From positions 30,630,001-30,694,000 of the forward strand of contig CM119371.1 of the NCBI GenBank assembly GCA_051294905.1: a DNA stretch of 64,000 bases, in the 5' to 3' direction. This DNA is from Botryllus schlosseri (Eukaryota). A program made the position numbers and the translations under genes. Below the pieces are notes generated by a model. That model saw nothing but the letters and a program-made list of their open reading frames with translations, ran no database searches and was not told the DNA's origin. Positions 38,621 through 50,924 of the stretch are shown piece by piece; position 1 is the stretch's first letter; every line of letters starts with the position of its first letter.

Positions 38621-39492
38621 CAGGGGTGGGCAACATACGGCCCGCGAAGGGATTTTGCCCGGCCCGCGGACAGTTTTCCGTTTTACATGATAATGTGGCC
38701 CGCGGCCCTAGTCTGCCGAGAATTCCCACTACTTGGTTACAACGTCAAATTTTAGTGACTGCATGTTATTATATACGTATATGCGCAGCGTGCTAGAGTG
38801 GAGCTTACGCTAAAGTTCGTCGAAGCGAGAAGACTTGCAATATCGGCATTTGCGATGTACTCAACGCTAATGTCGTTTGTGGTAATCATGGTGTTTGTCG
38901 ACTACAATGGTCAATTACACCAGGCTGATATTTCTTATTTTTCATTCTGTAACCGCCGACTTGTAGCACGGCACACTTCTAGGCTTTTGTAAGACGAAAA
39001 CACTGCTTATACCAGGGGTCGCCAACTCAAAACGGGCCGCGGGCCACTTTTCAAATTTCGTAGAGGTCGCGGACCGCATGAATTCATTATCGAGATTTCT
39101 CAGGCCACACAGTTGAACAGCGATGCTATCTCGTCACCTACTCAACCCTAATGAATTTATATGTTGGTACATTAGGGGTACCGGGGTTATCGATCTCCTT
39201 GAAATCTTAATTGAGGATTGCACCGTGTGTTGATTGATCAGATAGAAGCAGACATGGCGGCGCCTGTATGACAATGCTATTCTCAAATCCACGTGGTCTT
39301 CGTCATTATCGGCGAGAAATGGCTTTGAAGTGACGTTACTGTCGTTAAAATGTATTCATTAAATGCGATTTATCCCTTGTATATGTGAAATGTGGATAAA
39401 TGGGCGAATAATGTATCGATTCATCAATCCGGCCCGCCAAGTACTTTATTTTCCTATATCCGGCCCGCCGACTCGAGAAGTTGCCCCCACTG
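38621..39492. mobile_element. Second family-D element in opposite orientation, inserted in the next tRNA-Pro unit
   Basis: Follows GACTCGTTGGTCTAGGG (38604-38620). About 38750-39492 is the reverse complement of ~35184-36260 minus the 35625-36036 insert. The right TSD is missing. Confidence 0.85.
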
Positions 39493-39507
39493 GACGATGA
39501 ATCCGTC

Positions 39508-39579
39508 GGCTCGTTGGTCTAGGGGTATGATTCTCGCTTCGGGTGCGAGAGGACCCGGGTTCAAATCCCGGACGAGCCC
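39508..39579 (+). tRNA. trnP: tRNA-Pro(CGG), intact
   Basis: 72 nt, anticodon loop TTCGGGT, one variable-loop change (GGACCC instead of GGTCCC), T-run downstream. Confidence 0.92.
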
Positions 39580-39680
39580 GTGTCATGACTATATTTTTTT
39601 TAAATCTACCACGATATCTATGAATTCAGGAGGTATTTACAAATAAAAGTTTAAAATCTAGTTCAGACAGTGCACCCGTC

Positions 39681-40870
39681 GGCTCGTTGGTCTAGGGCAG
39701 GGGTTCTCAAAGGGTGGGCCACAGAGCATTTAGAGGTGGGCCACAGAGCTATATTTAGAAAATTGCAGAATTAATGTAAGTTTAGGTATATTTCTTATGT
39801 TATTCGCTAAAAATATATTCGTATTATCTAATTATACGTAGGCTACATATAAAGCTTTCATCCGACTCTGATTAGACGTAGTGGCACGTATGAAGTCAGT
39901 ATGTACAAATCCAAAACGTTAGGGCTTTTTCTACTGGCTATAACAACCTACTGCTAACAGCAACTAAAATAATTTCAAGTGTATTATAGCTGGAAGATAA
40001 TGCTGATGTAACCAAGTATTCCGGCAGGGTCATATGTCGTATGCCGTCAAAGGGGTATGTAATGAAATCGCAATGAAGTGCAATTGATGTGCAGATTTAC
40101 TGTACTTCTGCAGGCCGTATTATTGCAAGCTAAAAATAGCCATAATTGCAAATTATTAGTAACTTCTGAAGTATACTGCACCACCACAACGAATCTTAAT
40201 GGATTGAGGATTCATCGGAGCGCATTGTACATAATGAAAGAGTCGCAGGAATTGATTGCATCATTGGATTGAATATTCTGACATCGCAACTTCAGTTGTT
40301 TTGGTACAAGACATACAAAGTACATCATACATATTGAAAAATCTTTCTCCACTACTCTGTATTACGCCATTCACCAATGAATTGTTTGATGGTGGCCCAG
40401 AATGATTATAATATTCCCCACAATAGTATCACTAAAGTCCCAATCACACAGTGTGGGGATCTGATGATCGTGTTTCGCGACGCAAATGGAGCAGCGGCAG
40501 AAAATAATCTACGTAGGAGTTTCAGCTCATGATCTACCAGGGCCGTAACTGCCGCGTCCACACCCCCAATTGGAAGAGCTCGAAGGGGCCCAAGATTATT
40601 TCGTTGGTAGTTTGTTGGAGGATATTTATTCAGCTTATAATTTTTTTTCGCGCTTCGCGCGATATCATTTCCCGATACATCGAGATTTAAATATCACTAG
40701 TTAGAGAAAAATACGCATATTTTAGAGAAATGGGCATATCGCCGCTGTCCATGACCACTCATTAAACAGGATTGTGACTGTAAGATATCAGGGGGGCCAC
40801 AGCACATTTTTAAACCGAAAATGGGCCACGGCAAAGAAAGGGCTGAGAACCCCTGGTCTAGGGGTATGAT
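39681..40870 (+). pseudogene. tRNA-Pro split by a MITE, 3' truncated
   Basis: GGCTCGTTGGTCTAGGG | element | GTCTAGGGGTATGAT, then unrelated sequence. Confidence 0.88.
39698..40855. mobile_element. Non-autonomous hAT element, family E
   Basis: TIR CAGGGGTTCTCA, perfect TSD GTCTAGGG. Same family as 5845-6565. Confidence 0.92.
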
Positions 40871-42084
40871 AAACAGATTTACCGATAGAGCTGAGTGAGG
40901 TGTGTTTGAAAAGGTAGGACCCCTCAATAATAATTGAACATCTACGGGCGTATACCCATTATCAGGCACTTCGTCAGGCCTCCCGAAAAAACTCGGGTCT
41001 TGGGCTCCCATAGGGTGATAAATCTACCAAGCCATCACGTTGTTCGCTTTTGCCACGAAATCAGCTGTACTGTTTAGCGAGCTAGTGCGAAGCACGAAAA
41101 TGTTCGACAATTCATGATAAAACCGGTCAATAAGATCGGGAATTGCATATTGCTATCAATTTCTTGTCCTCTCTGCTCACGTTACCAGATTCACCGGTAG
41201 AGCTGAGTGAGGTGCAATGTTCCCTCTATAAGCTGTGCACGTGCGCATTGCTGACACGGTCTCGGCGCACAGAAAATCTACGTTGCGCACAACAAATCCG
41301 AAGTTATGACCTTTTGCTTAGTCGTTACGCACGGTTGTCCAAGGGTCTGCGCAGTGAGTTGGTGAGTGTGCGCAGACTCGTCAAAACGTAGAGGGAACAT
41401 TGTTATGCGTCTTGGAAACCGTAAGGCCCGTAACAAATAATTAAACATATTCGCGCGGGCGGACCCGTTAGTATGACTTCGTAGCATGATGTTATTTCGT
41501 GACCACCTGTCTGCTATATCAAAAAATATAGAATCGCCCAATCGTACTAAACTAAAAGATGCACGAGATTTCAAATTGGTATTTCTTCACTGGCATATAA
41601 TTTTTCCCTGCCATATGGAATTCGTCTTCTGAGGTTCAGATTGCAAAAACGGGAACATTCGGTGCCACTCATTTAGGCGCCTATGGACAATTACACCTGA
41701 ATACTCATTAGGGATATGTCCTACTACTACCACATCATCTACTGCGAAGCCATTTTTCTCCAGCGCCCCCCATATCGCCCCCCTGAGCTCAGCGCCCCCG
41801 TATCGCCCCCTGAGCGTTTCCGCCCCCTTCACCACCCCCAAGGGGCGTGGAGGCAAGGTTAAGAACCACTAATCTATATCTTTCATATTTCATACATCAG
41901 TTTATTTCTCTTCGGGATTTCTGTTGAGTGCAACAATAAATGTGCTTGTGAGAAGAATCATTTGAGGAAGATTATTGCCAATAAGGTTAGTGACAAGTAT
42001 AGCTTCACTTCCATCCTTCTTCCATACGCTTGCACTAACCTTGGCTCGTGGGAGTTGCTTCTCTTTCAGCACCGGTAATGTTAA

Positions 42085-43502
42085 CCCTTTTGCCGCGGGT
42101 GGATCCTATAGGATCCATGCACAGTTTTTAACAAACACGCTTCAATCAATTAACGACATCTTGCGTTGTAGTGGTCATAAACGGTTACAGTTATCGTCTA
42201 TAAATAGATATTGTCAATACGCATACGATGAGCTATATATATTCCATTGACTTATCGCAAAACCTGTTCAGAATGCATATTGAACACGGAAAAACGTTTC
42301 CCGCAAAATACAATCTGTAGCTCAGTTCGCCTGAATGAACGCTGCTCTTATAATCCCATGTATCTTTCGTTCTACACGTCGTAAGCAGACACATTTGTCG
42401 TTTTAGAGTAGTTGTTGATTGCAAGAGTTCATTGAAACCATAATAACGGAAATTAGTTGGATAGAACACGCTTCAAATTGGTGTGAAATGAAGCAATATT
42501 CTGTTACGTGAAAAATGCCGTGCACGTGTGAGCATTGCCGCATAAGGTCGTATACATTCACTTACGATTGCCTAATACTGTTGAATGTCACACACAAAGT
42601 TAGATGCAGTCCATAACACTTCAACACGATCAGTATCACGGAGTTTGGTCTTATATGAGTTCCCGACGCCAGTGCTAAACACTGTAGAAATGGGTGTGTA
42701 AGTTACGCGAGTATACGGTACTCGCGCCTGTAATAACAACACCATACAGACAGTTGAATCATCCGTTTTAGATGTTATAAGAAGTTACAGTAGACTTCAA
42801 TGAATAGGTGTTGATCATATGCCCATATACTGACGAACCTGTATCGGACAATCGATGTGTAGAACATGTTTCAAATTGATATGAAATGAAGCAACAAGAG
42901 AAATCGCGCGCCGATGAGAAGTGTCAAACAAAGCAATATATTTACTTACGATGGCCTTGTGCAGTCGCAAATTGAACATTTTGTTAGTTATGTACGATCA
43001 ATAGTATCTATAAGATCAGTAACATGGATTTTGACTCATATAATTAGATCAGGCAAAGCCGAATAAACGCGAATTACAAGGCGCGTAGTCTCTACCGCGA
43101 TGACGTAATCGACGGCGGCCGTGAATCATGCTTATAACGAAAACCTTCCAGTCTCGTGCGCGCGATTGCGTGAAGTTATCAAGCTCTGTAATGTCTTGTT
43201 TGAATGCCGAAATCGATATGTAAGATAACCATGTGGACATTCACCATGGGAAGGATTATGTATCACGTCAGGTGAAAACGAAAAACAAATTCCTCGTTTA
43301 CTTTTGAGAAATTGCGTAGACTTGTTCAAATATCACCGTCACCTCTCTCGACCGAGCCTTCCGGGTAGCTCAGTTGGTTAGGCGGCTATTTTCTGATCAC
43401 GGCGATACATTGGACGTCGGTTCAAGTCCCGGCATTCGCATTTTATGAACATTTTGGTTGATGCATCAAAATTTGGCCTGGCGGCCGACCGCGCGAGTAG
43501 GG
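42085..43502. mobile_element. Possible piggyBac-like non-autonomous element
   Basis: TTAA|CCCT...AGGG|TTAA with imperfect TIRs and no transposase ORF. Confidence 0.5.
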
Positions 43503-45085
43503 TTAAAGACGATCTTGTTTCTCCCGTAATTGCGAACACAGTCAGACTCAATCGGGTAAATTAGGCGTCTTTTTATTTTCAGTAGGGGGTAGGCTACCAA
43601 GCAAGAAATCGTGTGACAATTAAACACGCGAAGCGTGAAGAAAAATTTCATTACTATTTAGTTTATTGTAATGTACGACGATTTACTGAGAATTTGACTG
43701 GACCCTGGACCTGCCAATGCGTCGGAACTGATATTTTAGTCATCAACATCCCAAGAGTCGCAGCCAGATATGTAATTTTTGGTTGGCATTGCAAGTTCAC
43801 AGTCTGAGCAATTCATTTTCGATAATATATAGTAGGAAATTACATCGCGGGCCACGCAAAACCCTCTCGCGGGCCACTTTTGGCCCGCGGGTCGACCACC
43901 CCTGATACAGTCAGCCCCATTCGATAATATCAGAGCCGTAGCCGGAGCAGTGGTAATAATGCGGCTCCAGAGCTGGAGCCGGAGCAAATGTATGATAGAA
44001 GAAAGCTCCGGAGCCGGAGCTGGAGCAGTTTAAATTTACGGCTGCTCCAAAGCCCTGATTCAGAATAGGAATGTCGCCCCGAACCCCACAATGCAGACAC
44101 GGTAGCCGTGAATTTCATTACAGTCGCGACAATGGTTATCATTCAGCAACTTCTAAATCGGTCCCGTATCTGACAGCTACAGATCGTGTTTTGATACTCT
44201 AGTAATGCAATTGGTGAATCTTTCTCATATGACAACAGTATATAATTCTGACCTGAAGACAGAAATCACGATTGTTTTTCGACACTGAATTCTGCTTTTA
44301 CTAGGAAGGAGACTGACAACTGCAACAACAGAAACCTGAATGAAAACTTCAACATCATATATAGGCTACCCGAAAAGATTATGGTCGTTTGATGGTTACA
44401 CCCCCTATTTAGCGGTTTATTCATGAGAGACTGGGAGAGATGAGCACTGGAATAGACTTGGACTGGATAGGATTCGGACTATGGGTTATTTTCGTTGGGT
44501 GCGGATTGTGATTTTCGAAAGAAATGGATCCGTTGGACTTTTAGCATGGAAAAATCCGGACTGGGGTACGTTGGTTTCGAAACCAGGACCACGGTACGAT
44601 CGGAGAGACGAGGAGAAAAGTCGTTGCTTCATGAAGTTTTTATTTTGTAATGTCAGGGCCGGTGCAAAAACCACCAACGTTGTTAAGCTGGGAGCGGTAG
44701 TAATTTTGCGAATGTGACCATCACAGAGTGGATGGTGGTCTCCTCTTTTTAAAGCGTGGCACTGTGGTAGTCTTTTATAGTTTGTATGAAACCCAATCAT
44801 AGTGGGAAAACCGGTCACAAGTCAGGCGAAAATGTTGTTAAATGTCACTAAGGTATAGCTCATCTTCACTAATTAACTTTGACCTATGGCGTATTGAATT
44901 GCCGAAGCAAATAGCCTACTAGCAAGTTTGTTCAGTAGTTCACAAGTTCTCTATGGGCATTAGGCACATATATGTACATTGTACATGTTGTGATTCTTCA
45001 GGTATACCTATATATGGACACGCAGTTTTTCTAGTTTAAAATAGCTGTCTTGTTGCTCTAACGCAGAATGACGATTACTGTGATG

Positions 45086-46245
45086 CAGTGTTGGGATGAC
45101 TCGAAACATGACTTGACTCGAGTCTAACTCGAGTCACCTTTTTCGTATGACTTGACTTGACTCGTGTCACTTTGCTAAAATTACTTGACTGGACTCGGCG
45201 TATCAAAAATGTGGATTGACTCGTTACTCGGAGCAAAATTCACGAGTCAATTTCAAGTCATCAAGTAATCGGTGTCGATAAAAATCACTGTATCTTGCGT
45301 ATGTTCGGATTGTTCACGAAACGCTGCTGTAACTCGCGAGAGCGACCAAACATTCAATGATCGTGCGTTTTACTGAGCCTCCATTGTTCTCTCACTCTAA
45401 CAAATATATACTTTGTCGTAAACTAGCATTATAAAGTAATTTAATGGCAAAATGTATATTTCTCTTCTCTCTTCTTACCTTAACCAAACCTCTTGTTTTA
45501 TTGAAATTGAGTTCGAATATAGTTTACATATAGTCCTCACCAATTGGCGCAGGCTCGAATTGTATCATATCAAATTTTAAATGGATAATGTATTCCATCC
45601 TATCAATTCGTTTCTCTATTCTCTATTTTGGATGGTAACTATGAACTGAGGCTATGCAATTAGTTACGTAGTTTAGCAGTTCTACGTTGCCTATATGTGA
45701 GCGATACAGAGAGAGAGAGAGATCGTATTCTTTTTCATCTGCACCATCGAGATGCTTTGACGACGGAGATGCGACACGGCCTTCATAGTAAGGTCTAGTC
45801 TGCAAGTACCCCCGGTTTTTTTCTCCTCCATGCTATCCGTGATTGCCGAGCGCCTAGCAGGATAGCCGCGGATACCAGTTTTCGAGTCTTTGGTCTGACC
45901 CGGCCATATGGATCGAACCCACGACCTACTGATCGAGAAGCCGGACGCACAACCATTACACTATCAGCGCCTTCTTGCGTGTATTTTCAACTCTATATTC
46001 GTTCATTGGTTCGAAATCAATGACCAATCAACCTGTATTTCAGACAGCTAGCAAAATGCAGTGACGTAATGATGATTCATACTTGGAAAAGGTAACTTGA
46101 CTTGAATTGTGACTTGACTCGTGACTTGACTTGACTTCACTCGAGTCACCTTCGAAAATCGATTGACTTGTCTTGACTCGAGTCAAAATGTTCAATGACT
46201 CGAAATGACTCGTGACTCGAAGGTAGTGACTTGATCCCAACATTG
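45086..46245. mobile_element. TIR element with GACTC/GACTT subterminal repeats
   Basis: TIR CA(G/A)TGTTGGGAT, perfect TSD CTGTGATG. Carries a SINE at ~45700-45970. Confidence 0.88.
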
Positions 46246-49200
46246 CTGTGATGTGTAGTAGGCACTAGGCATACAGGAGAAGGGCATAATCGTACATGTT
46301 GTTATTTTAGGCCCGGCTTCTATTACACGAAATCAGGATTGTATTGACTCGAGTCATGACTCGACTTTAGTCCGACTCGAGTCGCGATTTTCTGATGACT
46401 CGACTTGAATCGAATCATTTTCGTTGCGGACATGACTCGACTCGAGTCAATATCTGTATTGACTCGACTTCGACTCGAGTCATTACGCATGACTCGGACT
46501 AAGTCATATGACTCGAGACTCAGACGGCCAAGACTGATATTTTACTGTAATTTCGAAGTTTAGTTAACTATTAACGACATTATTGAGATTTCGTCTATTG
46601 GCACTGGCATTTGAAAATGCCACAGAAACTGTTAAAAGTGAGGAAAATTAGTATATTATAAATTGGAACCATTCGATATCACCAAACAGAGTTATAAAAA
46701 GTGTGTTTAACAAGACTTTAACTGGAAACTGAGCAGTCAACACAATGACTTGGACTAGGACTCGAGTCATAATTCCATGACTCGGACTTAAGACCCTCTG
46801 CTCACCGACTCGGACTTGACTCGGTGGTGAATTGAAAATGACTCTCAAGTCAAAACTATTAAAACGAGTTTGATTTGTGACTCGGAGACTTGAGCACGAA
46901 GTTCAATTATTCTCTAAAACGTGCGGTTATTCGTTTTTTCAGTAGTAGAATCGAAATTTGAAAAATATCACAGTTCGCTCATCACTGATATAGAGCATGG
47001 AATAGTCACCTCATCCCGTTGAATCGAATTGATACGACGCTTACTCCACTGTTAAAATGGATTGAGACGTTTTGCAAATTACCGAAACTTGTAATCACGG
47101 GAAATGCATAAAATAATTGAAGTAATTTTCAAACCCTGCTAGTTCTATTAATACTTCAAGTAGTTAAGGTTTGATCTACAAGCACATACTTCCACTCGTA
47201 CTGGGTTAGAATTTTGCGTTACTCATTCTACTTCTAATACTTGAGTATATTTTTTGGCTACAGGTTTTAATGTATAGGCTACCCTGACGGTAAATTGAGT
47301 GATCTCAACTATGCAATTGTAGAATTCTGTTGAGATATTGTAATCGAATATCTCAATGATGAAGGTATTTCATCAATCCAGTGATCTCGTGACGGGATTC
47401 AGTGGCGAAGTACTTGTACTTTTTTGAACTATTTAAGCAGGTTTGGCCTACTTGCACTAATACTGTTTTTTTTCTACTTTTTATAATTCTATACATGAGT
47501 TTTTCCGACAAATCCTCTGGCTCTGCGCACTCTTCAATTTAAAAGTTGACAGTAATCTGGATTTTGTGGGTGAGATTGTCAAAACATGCAAGAAATGAGC
47601 GCAGTACAGATCTAGTTGAACTATCTCTACTTTTTCGATGCACTCAACTAGATTTTCATACTCGCAGGACTTGATTAGATCAATTTGTCTTTAATCCACT
47701 TCCACTTCTACTTGAAATATTCTCGAATAACTCTTCTTTATCGGAGTACTTGAGTCAATTTTCCTACTTGCAGTCCTCACTCAAGCGACGTCAATTGAGT
47801 TTGACAACTCTGAACTACATGGTACAATCTGTTATTATCAACCAAAATAGAGGATCGAATACGAAGCATCGAGAAGTTGAAACAAATTTATATTGCACAA
47901 TACAGTAACCATCTACATATCCGTGAGAATACGCATAAACTATATTCCATCGATTTAAATCATACAAGAACAGGGGCGGTCAACTTCCCGGTCACCGGCA
48001 CTGAAATGGGAAAATGAAGTACTTGGCGGACCAGATTAATCGAGTTTTTATTCACCTATACGAGGAATAAATCGTATTTAATATAAACTTCAAGTTTAGA
48101 GCATAGATACAAAAACAGTAGGCTATTAAATGAATATTAACTTATTATTATAGTCAATCAAACATCTGTTGTGAATCAAAGTTATCAACAAATCTGGATG
48201 CTTGTAGAATGTAGAAATCCTTGTTAAAGACTGCAAGTGGACATCAGTTTTATTGGGACGCAGCCATGTCTTGTTAAAAAGTTCATGGTCGGAAATATTT
48301 GCTCGCAAATCTATGTAGACCTCAGCATAGGAAGTAGCTTCATGAGCATCTTTCGCAGGTTGGCGAAACTTGGATTCACTTTGTGACGCAGAAAATTTGC
48401 TAATATTTTCAGATTAGAATTTCAATTTCAGGAAGGAAACTGTCTGCGGGCTGCTCAAAATGCCGTCGCAGGCCGTATCTGCCGCACGCTGGTATAAAAA
48501 TACCGAAACATATTTCTGTGTAGAACAGATATACTACAGTTTTATTTCTCAATTCCAAAACGCAAGAAGATGAGTGCTTTTCCATTGATTAGTGAAATAA
48601 ACATCACGTTTGAATTAATTGAGAATTGTGGAACGTATTTCAGCATGGCATCGCAATGCAGAGTTCATGGTCTACTTTAGGTCCGCTACAACGGTACAGA
48701 TGTTAAATAGCTGGGTCGTGGTACAGAACTTGAAGATAGCTTTCAATACAACATATACAAATACATATACAGATATTATTGCAAACTGTCAAAAAGCAGC
48801 CCAAAACTCGTTTCAGACAACTGATATGCGAAAGCTACGGAGAATCTTAAACAAACTGCAAATAAGCAACTATAAGCGGTATAATACAGGCTATAGCAAA
48901 TTCGCATTACTTTCGAAGGACACCAAACAATCATATTCCAGTTAGTGGTCTTTAACAGGATTTCGTGAGCTTCCTCTTGTAGAAAATTCATCAGAACTGC
49001 TATATAGTTTTAGTATAAATACGGCGTCATTCAATGGAGTTTCCAATATTACATTAAAGTTGTCGTAATTGAATTTAAAGTCTCGCCCTGGAAGGTTCGC
49101 CGGTCCGCGAGGTCAAAAGGATGTTTGTTTCTTTTGAGGTATTGATGATGTGTCTCGACTATGATAATTAAGACCAGGCCAATCATTTTTATTTAGTAGC

Positions 49201-50222
49201 TGCCGAGTTGTAGCACGGTCCACTTCTAGACTTTCATAAGACACCGCATACGCGGATGATATGGCAAGGAGCTAGATAAACCTTGGTCCGACTCGAGCCC
49301 ACAACCCATTGGTGTTGCAGCCGTAGATTACACCACTACGCTATCTCGCCACATTAAAAGGTTGACAACCACTGGCCCAGAACCAGCATCATTGTATTTA
49401 TTGCTTCGCGTATCACACTCTCGGTGATGATGTTCTGAGTGATACTCGAATACATGACAGCAATTATCACTAAACTACGACGAGAAACGAAACTCAAATT
49501 TTCACGCTCGAAAACATCATGTCTGTACATAGCAGACTTGGACAACTAGATAATTCTAGTTGTCTAATTTCACTAAATTAGAGCTAAATCACAGTAATCA
49601 AATTCTAATATAATTCGTGAAATGTATTGTTATGGGGGTCCGTGACGGTCCAAAAGGGGTCCGCGAAGACAAAAAGGTTTATAACCACTGATTTAAGATA
49701 TAGAAAGTTAGCATAAAATGGTGACGAAACATCGAGAATCTCACATAATTGATATTACATTGTTAACTTGAGTATATTAATGTCATTCAGAATAACTTAT
49801 TCCCATATCAATAATAAAAAATACTCACTAAGAAAGAGTCGGCTACTCTATTAGGGTTTTGATTTTAGTCATTTCAGAATGATCAAGGAAGCAGAAAACA
49901 TGGACATCGACACAGACGCATGGAAAATCGTTGTCTTGAAGTACAGCAACCGCCATGCATAAAAAAAAACTGAGCAGTTATAATTTGAATTTCAATCAGG
50001 TATTTGGGAACATCTCAAATGGTATTCTAATTTGGATAAGTCGCAATTTTATAGTTGTCCAAGACCGTGCGGTATTGATAAATTGCGATCAAGGCAGAAA
50101 TTTTCAACCAGCTTTGCACCAAAAAGTTCCTCGAGAAATTTCACTTCTCTGCAGGAACGATCGAATGACAGGCTGGAATCCTGCGAACATAAAACCCTAG
50201 TTTCGTCACAGTCGACCCATTT

Positions 50223-50924
50223 TCATTTTGAGACAAAACAAACCTCGATGTTGAAGCGACCCTTCCACTCAGCAATCGTGATGATGACGTCATCGGCCTC
50301 CATCTCCAAGTCGCACTCGTGCAGCAAGACTACCTGAACATTGTGTGAATTTAAACCATGGTGACGTCATATCACACGGACCTTGATCGCGTGTTTGACG
50401 GCGTGAGCATGACTCACGATCCAACATGTTTGCGTTGATTATGGCGTCACCATATGACTATAACTCACCTCCCAACACAGTTTTCCAGATAACGCTTCGA
50501 TCCGAGGGTGTCGGAGAAACGGACGGAGCGCGCGCGCTGAAATGAGGCTGCCACGCAAATTCACTTCCTTCACCTGAAACGGTTTTTGTTGTTCCACTGC
50601 GGAGGTATGACGTAACAGAGCGACTCACGTGGACTGGCTGCTTGAGACATCTCGCGATGACGGCCAATATCTCGTCGTCGATATTGCAGTCGTATAAAAC
50701 CAACCCATGAAGTCCTTGACTCCTCGCAACGAGCGTTCCAACGACGTGAGCTTGGATGCGACTCAATGAGGTGTGCCATACATCGATGCAGTCAAGCTGC
50801 TTCATGAGATCGTCGTTGTCTGATTCGTAGATCACTGTGTACAGTTCCATGTTGCCTCGCTCCTTCTCGAGCTGCGAACGAATCGATCGACCGAGAACTT
50901 CCCGCTTGCTCGTTTGAGCCGACA
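50223..50924 (-). CDS. NLR-type leucine-rich-repeat protein, three spliced exons (partial)
   Basis: Exons 50924-50629, 50573-50469 and 50333-50244 (or to TGA at 50223), GT-AG and in phase. Translation MELYTVIYESDNDDLMKQLDCIDVWHTSLSRIQAHVVGTLV...LHGLVLYDCNIDDEILAVIARCL | VKEVNLRGSLIS | VVLLHECDL resembles ribonuclease-inhibitor-type LRRs. Confidence 0.65.

Noticed and set aside
20310..40870. CRISPR-like repeat/spacer array
   Set aside because: The repeats are tRNA-Pro genes with a conserved spacer, the variable parts are transposon insertions, and the context is eukaryotic with no cas genes.
43354..43435. tRNA gene
   Set aside because: It has A/B-box-like motifs but no convincing cloverleaf or acceptor stem; more likely a SINE head.
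49878..49962. Plus-strand terminal-exon-like segment (MIKEAENMDIDTDAWKIVVLKYSNRHA*)
   Set aside because: It has a plausible acceptor, but no upstream exon could be joined to it and no domain is recognisable.
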